A DNA stretch of 63,794 nucleotides, counting the filler, from Collodictyon triciliatum (lineage: Eukaryota), in the NCBI GenBank assembly GCA_043381765.1. It is 6 parts of 6 records of this genome, joined end to end, with 100 filler letters (N's around TTAATTAATTAA, not from the genome) between each part and the next. Parts side by side here need not be neighbours in the genome. Positions count along the whole stretch, not along the records: positions 50,158 to 62,573 come from JBHJMP010002173.1; positions 62,674 to 63,794 come from JBHJMP010002334.1; 4 more parts are not named here. One strand, written 5' to 3'. Below are positions 55,901 to 63,794 of this stretch, piece after piece (position 1 is the first letter of the stretch; every line of letters begins with the position of its first letter). A program made the translations under genes and the position numbers. The notes beneath the pieces were generated by a model, which saw only the letters and a program-made list of their open reading frames with translations, had not been told where the DNA came from and did no database searches.

Positions 55901-58900
55901 AAGCTTTCTATGGAGAGCATTCGATTTCACTACTTTTGATTTTATTAAAGTGTGGGCAACGTTGAACACATGGAATCTGTGTGGATTTGGTGGATTGATT
56001 TTAGATAGAACAGAATTTGTGGCATCAAGGAGTCCCATCGTTCTCTTTTCATTCTCAGAATTCTGTGAAGGTTCTTGTATTTCTACAATCGAGGCATTGA
56101 TATCGTCCTTGATGTATTCAGCTGCAAAGAATTCGTAGAGAGATTTATGAAAGAACTCATAAGTTGTGGCACTTGATTTTTTAATAGGAGCACATCTCAG
56201 CACGAAAATAGAATAGGACGGCTCTCCATCTTCGAGTTTGTGATCGGGATTAGCGTTGAAAAATTTTGCGTAGGCAGGGTTCTTTGACAATTTTCCCTCA
56301 ATTGTTTCGTATTCCAAGGCGGGTATACCAATTTGGCACATGGTCTGAGCTATATCTTTACATTTATTCCAGAGTAATGTTTGTAAATCTTGAGGCATTC
56401 GTTGTTTCAAGGATAGTGTTGACTCGAGTTTTTTCCTTTCACGTTCGAACCATGTCCTTGAAAACTTATCTAGAAAATCCGTTCTCATCATCTTTGCATC
56501 GTCCTTGGATTTTTTAGAGTCTCCACGTTCCCTGCAAATTGATGGAAGTGTAGTGGCTGCCATAAAAATCATGAATGGAGTGATGGCCAATTCTTCAAGC
56601 TCTTTGATTTTTTTAAGCTCTTCCTCGTATCTTTTTCCATCCTCCCATCCTTCCACAGGATTTATTTTTGCAAAATTAATAAAGTAGTCGAGTCTTTGTC
56701 TTGGTTCAAATGATGTAAGGTATATTTCATCCAAAGAATAGCCTTCTTCGCTTTTTGGTGCAAACAATGATTGATATCGATTTTTTCTATCCAAAAACTG
56801 TTTACGAAATCCAATCACAAATTTGCAGTTGGGCCACTCTTGTAATTTGTTTGAATGATAGAATGACGTACTTCTGTCCTCAATTTCATCGAAGCCATCT
56901 AAAAAGAATATAAATTGCTTATCTTTGAGCTCTTTAATTTGTTCTTTACGGAAATCAGAGTCTGATATATAGAGACTATTTTTGCTTTCTGACAAGAGTA
57001 ATTCTTTAATAACTTTCTCCCTTGGATTCTTGAGTGATGTCAGAGGGACATACAAAGGAATGTATCCCTTTCCATATTCATATTTTTCCCACAACAATCG
57101 GGTGATGTATTGTTGCAAGAGAGATTTTCCAGAGCCGGAATCTCCCAGCACAAGTAAAACCTTAGCTTGTGAAGCTTCGATGAATTTGAGTATGTATTCT
57201 TGGGCGTCAAATGATCTACCTCTCTCCAGAATCCTTTCTGCTCGACCTGGGATGTATGTAAGGAATCGACTGTTAAACTCTCTGTTTCGTATGGTCTCTT
57301 CTTTAATGTTTTCCAGTATATCTTTAATAGTCCTTTCATCTCTCCCCGCTTTTTCAAAAAGAATTGTGGGTAAATATAGATTTTCTGGAACAAAAGAACA
57401 TAACTTGCTCTTTTGTTCTTGTACGAATATATCTATTTCATCACTTTTTATCCATTTTTCATGGCTCGTAATGTAATTCAGAAAAGATTCATATTGTTGT
57501 TCAAGGCCTTTTCGAACAAAGCATAGACGATCACATATCGCATCGAGAATCAAAAAGGCAAGATTTTTTTCAATCTTTTCTGTTTTCAGTGAGGCATAGG
57601 CATCCCAAACTTTTTTGGCCTCATCAACACCGGTTGATAAAGAAACACGAAATAATTGGTAAAAGATAAACCAACTCCGTTTTATTTCGATTTCACCAAA
57701 AGAGGTAATTGTTTCTTTTAGAGAGCTCAATGCACCGCCAATATCGAAGGACAATACTGAGGAAGCCACGTTGAATAACCCAAGGCTAACCTTACCAGCA
57801 ATTTTCAGATTTTTTATAACAGGATTCTGACCATCGCTAATGTATTTCAGAAGCTCACAGAATAAATATTTCTTTGCCTGCATGTGCTTTATCTGCACTT
57901 TGGTTTTGATATCTTCACCATGTGTCTCTGTTTTCTTTTCAATCCAACTTTGGCTAAATGCTTCCTTGTAAGCCTTATATTTCTCTTCAGGAATACCAAA
58001 TGCACCAGAAATATACAAAGAGTTTAGGATGGCAATTAAACTGTCTAAAATCTTTTCGCACAGAGCTTCATCAGATGCAAAAAGGGCCCCTACACGATCA
58101 ATTAAAATATTAAGAACCGTGGCTAATAATACATGGTCAAAGTCTTCCTTTAACGTGTTGGACACAACAATTTGAAGGGCATTCAACAAACGCTCTAGTT
58201 TCTCAATTCCTTTCTGAATCTTATCACCAATAGCAGTCACCAGTTTTTCTGATATGAGTTTATCTCCTGCTGGTGCCAAAGCAGTAAGTTCTCTGAGACT
58301 CTCGTCGGTAGTAGTATGCTCCTTCATGAAAAGCTTTATGATTCGAATGGCTCTTTTCTTCTCAATTGTAGCACCTGATTGCTTATCTCTTTGTTGAAAT
58401 ATCGATAAAGCGAGCTGTGAGGCATCGGAAGGCCCTTGTATTATTTGAAAGTTCTGATTTGCATCCATATTAAGAACCGAAACTAATTGATCGAGTGGTA
58501 AGTGGCTGTGCTGATTAGAGGATTTTGGAGGGACTACTGGAGCTAATTCTTTTTTGACATTTGTATTCAAGCGAGCTGAAAGATGCGATGTGTTTGTGAG
58601 TGATCTGTCCACTATAGGAATACTTTTGTTAGTGAGGCCTTGGGTCGATGAATTTTGAGATGGCTGGTTGGTTTCGATTTGCATGGATTCCTGTAAATGC
58701 AAAGAGATAGAGTTTTCATGACTTGATATCGATGTATTATTAGGTAGGATTGTGGAGGGGGCCAAGTAAGCAGAGGCCTGAGGAAGAATCGCACGAAATA
58801 TAGAATCGATTACTTGGCTATTTTGCTCTATTGCTGGCAATCTTGATATTTGGTCAACAAGGCCCTGAATTAATCTTTGTCTTGATTCGTTCAGTTTTTC

Positions 58901-60686
58901 CATGAGTAAATACTGTTTTTCCAAAAGTAGCACTTGTTCACGAAGACTTTCTGTTTGAGCTGCAGATTGTCTCTCAGCGATGATGGCTTGAGTTTTAGCT
59001 ATGTCGGCCTGTTCACGCAGATTCTGTGTTTGAAATTTAGCCTGTCTCTCTGCTAAAGAAGCTTGTTCACGGAGAAAGTCGGTTTGAATGGCAGAATATC
59101 TTTCAACAGTAGAAATATTTAATGTAGCGAATCTTTCAATAAGTTGAATATCATTCTCCTTCGTGGCACTTGCGAGAAGTTGCGATGCCAACACATGGCT
59201 TAATTGTAAGAATATATTCGGGTTATTTGGTTCTGTCGTAGAGGTGGATTTCATCGGTTGGCAAGATTCATTTAGTTTGGAAAGAATATCGAGAATTTCG
59301 GGTGTTGCATCCCCTTTGATTCCTGACTCTTTCTCTGAGGAACCATTTTGTCTTGTGTGTCGTGACCAAGAGTTTCCCCCTCCTCCTCTTGAGGATATAT
59401 GTAATTGATGGTGTCCATTACCACGAAATGTACTTTGTAAAGATTCATAAAACAGTGCGTCATCCTGCAGAACATTTGGGTCGATGTTGGGTGGGACAAT
59501 TAAACCGATGAATGAGCTTTCATTGGGTGCTACAGTTATATAGTTGGCATATGTTAATTTTGGACTTTGAATTCTTTCATTTTTGGAGTCTGAATCATAT
59601 TTTGTTAAAATCTTCCCATGTTAATTAACAAGAATGATGCATATTAAGAGAAAATAATATGTGTAGAAATAAATGGATAGTGCAATTATATTATTTGAAG
59701 AAATATACATTTTTGTGTACTATAGTCTGGAAATGCGACCAAGATATCATCAGTTGTCTGTAGATTACATATCGTCAGCTAATTATACCACATGTTCAAA
59801 AAAAAACATGCGAGAAATCTCACAATATTTGTGTACAATTTTACATGATGGTTTCAATTCTTACAATTGGTCGATGTGATTGTTTGGATAATTTGGTATC
59901 TTTCTCCTCTTTAGATGGTATATCTTTGGAGAGAAAGTAAGTGGAAAAATTTTAACAACTCGTTAGGATATCAGAATATTAATTAATTCAGAATAAGTTG
60001 GAAAAAATCCTTCTGGTGTTATCTATTCCGAATGATAAAATAGTGATACCTTGGTGAATCAATCGAGGAAGTGATGTATTGTTTTCAAGTGAGACATTTA
60101 GATAATCGATTGTCGGTTTCTTTCGTAATAGTAAAAATAAATAAATGTGAAATTGAATCCATCACATTTATTCAATTATGAGGAGAGAAAAGCTACGTAA
60201 TGTATCGAAAATATACCCAAACCCCCTCAAATTTTTCCAAACTGTTTCCGTTACTTTTTTGAATAATACCTTCTTTTTTTCAAGTCAATGTGACGATAAT
60301 TTAGTATATATGTAATGGATATGGTTGTTCAAGGGTATTTTTGTGCTTTTTTGGAAATAAAGAAAACTTTGTTGGCTGGCTTGGATTGCAGTATCAACAG
60401 AGACAGAATCTTGATAATCGTCAGGATTGGTACTCTTTGACTCATGTAAACTGATTATACAGAGGTTACATGATAAAGGTGAATATATCATTTTTTTTCC
60501 TTTATTCGATTCAAAGAAAGGTGAATATATCATAATTATTTCTTTTGTTCAATGCATCAATTTAAGTTAAATTATCATTTTTTTGCACATACTATGCACT
60601 CGCAAGATGCTCTAGAAGGTTATTTTTATTCATTTCAGTCGGCATGGGGATGTGTGATTCGTCGCGGAATCCACCGTTGGCTTCAT
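52925..60686 (-). CDS. NLR-like STAND protein: helical N-terminus + NACHT + pentapeptide repeats + 13 WD40 + Sel1-like repeats; main exon 52925-~59612 plus upstream exons running into a gap
   Basis: Walker A VLLVLGDSGSGKS, Walker B FIFFLDGFDEI, YEFFHKSLYEFF, AASNAITILNYADVSFSDMDFRGIQIPNADM, 46-aa WD40 units, three ECYENGWGVEKD-type repeats; frame stays open ~120 codons upstream of ATG 59254. Confidence 0.92.
60492..60516 (-). mobile_element. Micro-retroposon-like insertion, copy 6 (probably in an NLR intron)
   Basis: tttttttCCTTTATTCGATTCAAAG between perfect 17-bp direct repeats aaaggtgaatatatcat (60475-60491, 60517-60533). Confidence 0.92.
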
Positions 60687-62673
60687 NNNNNNNNNNNNNN
60701 NNNNNNNNNNNNNNNNNNNNNNNNNNNNNNNNNNNNNNNNNNNNNNNNNNNNNNNNNNNNNNNNNNNNNNNNNNNNNNNNNNNNNNNNNNNNNNNNNNNN
60801 NNNNNNNNNNNNNNNNNNNNNNNNNNNNNNNNNNNNNNNNNNNNNNNNNNNNNNNNNNNNNNNNNNNNNNNNNNNNNNNNNNNNNNNNNNNNNNNNNNNN
60901 NNNNNNNNNNNNNNNNNNNNNNNNNNNNNNNNNNNNNNNNNNNNNNNNNNNNNNNNNNNNNNNNNNNNNNNNNNNNNNNNNNNNNNNNNNNNNNNNNNNN
61001 NNNNNNNNNNNNNNNNNNNNNNNNNNNNNNNNNNNNNNNNNNNNNNNNNNNNNNNNNNNNNNNNNNNNNNNNNNNNNNNNNNNNNNNNNNNNNNNNNNNN
61101 NNNNNNNNNNNNNNNNNNNNNNNNNNNNNNNNNNNNNNNNNNNNNNNNNNNNNNNNNNNNNNNNNNNNNNNNNNNNNNNNNNNNNNNNNNNNNNNNNNNN
61201 NNNNNNNNNNNNNNNNNNNNNNNNNNNNNNNNNNNNNNNNNNNNNNNNNNNNNNNNNNNNNNNNNNNNNNNNNNNNNNNNNNNNNNNNNNNNNNNNNNNA
61301 AAAGACCCTTAACTTACTATGTTGGCTTTTTAAAATGCAAAATTCTTAAAGAAATATATATTATGTACATAAGTATAAAAAAAAAGCTCTCTTTTCGTGA
61401 TGTTAACTATGTTAAAGTGAGAGTTGTTTTGATAAAATTAGCTACGTTAATAAAAAATGCGAGGTCATCTCTTTTCTAGACCAAGCGTTATTATACAGAT
61501 ATTTGTCCAAATTTCAAAGAAAAATGCTATATTGACAATAGAGAAAAATATTAAGTTTCAGATGATAGATTCTCATCAAAATAATTTTGAAAAAAGAAAT
61601 TATGTTTAGAGAATAAAATTATCATAGTTGTGTATTGTACTGGGCTCTAATTGTATTGAAAAATTGGATTTAAAAAAAAAACTGAACGTTAAAAAAATAG
61701 TGCAGACCTAATAATTAAGTAAATCGTCGTAATTATTATAAAAATTTCAACCTTTGGTCATGTTATTTTCATGAAACTAATTATGTTTTAATTATCATTT
61801 TCTTATGTTGGAAATATTTGTCGACGTGAGTATTATTGGTAGAACCTTCTTTTCCAAGAAAGATACATAAATGTCAGAGAATGAAAAAGTGTGATATGTA
61901 TATGAACAATAATGGTCTCACGTTACAAGAGTCGGTTCTATGGTGTAAATGTTCGAAAATTAGAGCTTTGAGAAATATTGTACCTTTATAGGGAAATTAT
62001 GAAAGTTATCAAAATGTCTTATTGATTCATATTCATCACATATAGAGGATATGAAATAGCTTGGCGAAGAAAACGGTATTTATATTACCTTGACTCTATT
62101 CGACATATGTACTGAAAAATAATGTGTTTCGTCTTGAAGCAGAATGTGGTGCGTTTTACTGATCTCGATATTTGGTTTAAAATAATTTTGAATTAATGAA
62201 AAAAAAAAAGAGTTTCATCCCAAAAGACACCTTCCTTTTATCTCTGCTACGTAATTGAAACTATACAAAAATTGCCTGTTGATTATGACTTATTCTGTGG
62301 TTAGATATGATGTAATGAATATTGAAATAGACTAAGCATAACACATTTGGCTGTAACAGGAAAATTCGGCATATTCTTAGAACATGATATCCAATATCAA
62401 CTATTCCTTCTATCTTTTATTCTTTTATTCTTTTATTCTTTTATTCTTTTATTCTTTTATTCTTTTATTCTTTTATTCTTTTATTCTTTTATTCTTTTAT
62501 TCTTTTATTCTTTTATTCTTTTATTCTTTTATTCTTTTATTCTTTTATTCTTTTATTCTTTTATTCTTTTATTNNNNNNNNNNNNNNNNNNNNNNNNNNN
62601 NNNNNNNNNNNNNNNNNTTAATTAATTAANNNNNNNNNNNNNNNNNNNNNNNNNNNNNNNNNNNNNNNNNNNN

Positions 62674-62790
62674 AAAACCATAAAACCATAAAACCATAAA
62701 ACCATAAAACCATAAAACCATAAAACCATAAAACCATAAAACCATAAAACCATAAAACCATAAAACCATAAAAACACAGAACCATAAAAA
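62674..62790. repeat. (AAAACCAT)n scaffold-end microsatellite
   Basis: Direct reading; similar T/A-rich 7-11-mer arrays end most scaffolds here. Confidence 0.9.
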
Positions 62791-62919
62791 CATAAAAAAA
62801 AAACATTAAAAAATAGAGTCAAGATATCTAGCAACTGAAAGGAAAAAGGGAGAGTTGGATGCGAAAGGGAAAGCATTTCTTTGGGCGAAGAATCAGGGTT
62901 TAAGTGGGGCCCTTGACTC

Positions 62920-62937
62920 TCGAATAAAGGGGAAAAT
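62920..62937 (+). mobile_element. Micro-retroposon-like insertion, copy 7 (shortest)
   Basis: TCGAATAAAGGggaaaat between near-identical repeats agtggggcccttgactc (62903-62919) and agtggggctttgactc (62938-62953). Confidence 0.78.
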
Positions 62938-63794
62938 AGTGGGGCTTTGACTCCGCAGTCCATAGACGAGCATTAATAGTCGATCTGCACTTTTGTGACT
63001 CTTTTTTCTTTTGTTTTTTTCATTATTCTTTTTTTCATTTCCCATCTAAACAAGATTGCTACGGCACACCACGAAATGATAATAAAAAATTTTTGTTCTG
63101 GTGTCTATGCCCTTTTCCAAATTTGTTCATTTATATTAGTCATGAACTACCAGAGTTCTTTGCAAGGTATCTCTCTGGAGAGACATGTCACCTATGATTT
63201 TCTACTTAAGTGATTGAAGCAGGAATCCAATTTCGTAAATTTTCCTTCGAAATGTCATTTCATTTTCGCCCAATTTTTTCTTCAATCTGCCCCGGCATCG
63301 GCTCCTACTGCTTTGTGGGTCGTGGAGACAAGCACTACTGGGTAAACCGAGTGGGTTGGCTGTGTCTTGCTGACTTTGCCTCTGCGGCTTCGCTGCTGGT
63401 CACGCACTGAAGGGCGTCTTGGTGGAAGTGCAGCGAGATGCCTACGGCAAACCCCTCCACAACTTCTGGCACACCTTTAGGCCTAAGCATGGGAAGTCTT
63501 CGTCTAGATTGTTTTTGTTTTTTTAATTGTATATGAAAGACCCGGAAAAAGAGACACGTTCTCTTGCTGAGCTGCTGGGCCACGTCTTGCTTGTCGGTGT
63601 GACGAAAAGTAAGGCTTGAAAAGAGGCAAATCGAGACTCAGCACAGAGACGGTTTTGTGGAATGCGTAGCTTGTTGCCTCTCGCTGAAACAACTTCACCT
63701 ACACAACCCCGTCCACAAGTTAAAAAAAAAAAAAAAAAAAACAGGGACAAACAACACCTAGGAATAACAAACATCTTCTATCTTTTTCGGATCC

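Noticed and set aside
61934-61967. GGTTCTATGGTGTAA...GTTCGAA...TAGAGC resembling a collapsed tRNA-Gln
   Set aside because: Only 34 nt with no anticodon arm; could be chance or an unrecognisable relic.
62674-62790. (AAAACCAT)n as a telomere
   Set aside because: One of many different T/A-rich 7-11-mer arrays at scaffold ends and in introns; assembly breaks at microsatellites explain it.

Overview
This is AT-rich, intron-rich eukaryotic DNA, probably from a protist. It is not one locus: six roughly size-sorted scaffolds (~12.4 kb each) are joined by artificial 100-bp linkers (N44-TTAATTAATTAA-N44), so adjacency across linkers has no biological meaning. Housekeeping-type genes: an ankyrin protein, GPI-specific phospholipase D, a Kelch-SAM protein, an IQ-RhoGEF-PH-RhoGAP protein, an acyl-CoA carboxyltransferase with a PTS2-like motif, tRNA-Leu(CAA) and tRNA-Ala(AGC). 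Most notable: (1) a family of ultra-short (about 18-37 bp) A-tailed hairpin insertions, core CTTTGAATCGAATAAAGG(A)n, with seven copies on four scaffolds, six flanked by 10-18 bp target-site duplications; (2) a >2,390-codon ORF missed by the ORF track that fuses a probable signal peptide, about 19 hypervariable WD40 repeats, a tandem Cys-rich stalk and a multi-TM module; (3) a decayed Fanzor1 (eukaryotic TnpB-like) nuclease gene with a candidate structured omegaRNA; (4) a NACHT-pentapeptide-WD40-Sel1 NLR-like gene with unannotated upstream exons. L1/Tx1-like LINE remnants are also present. All calls come from manual reading and translation; no database searches were run.
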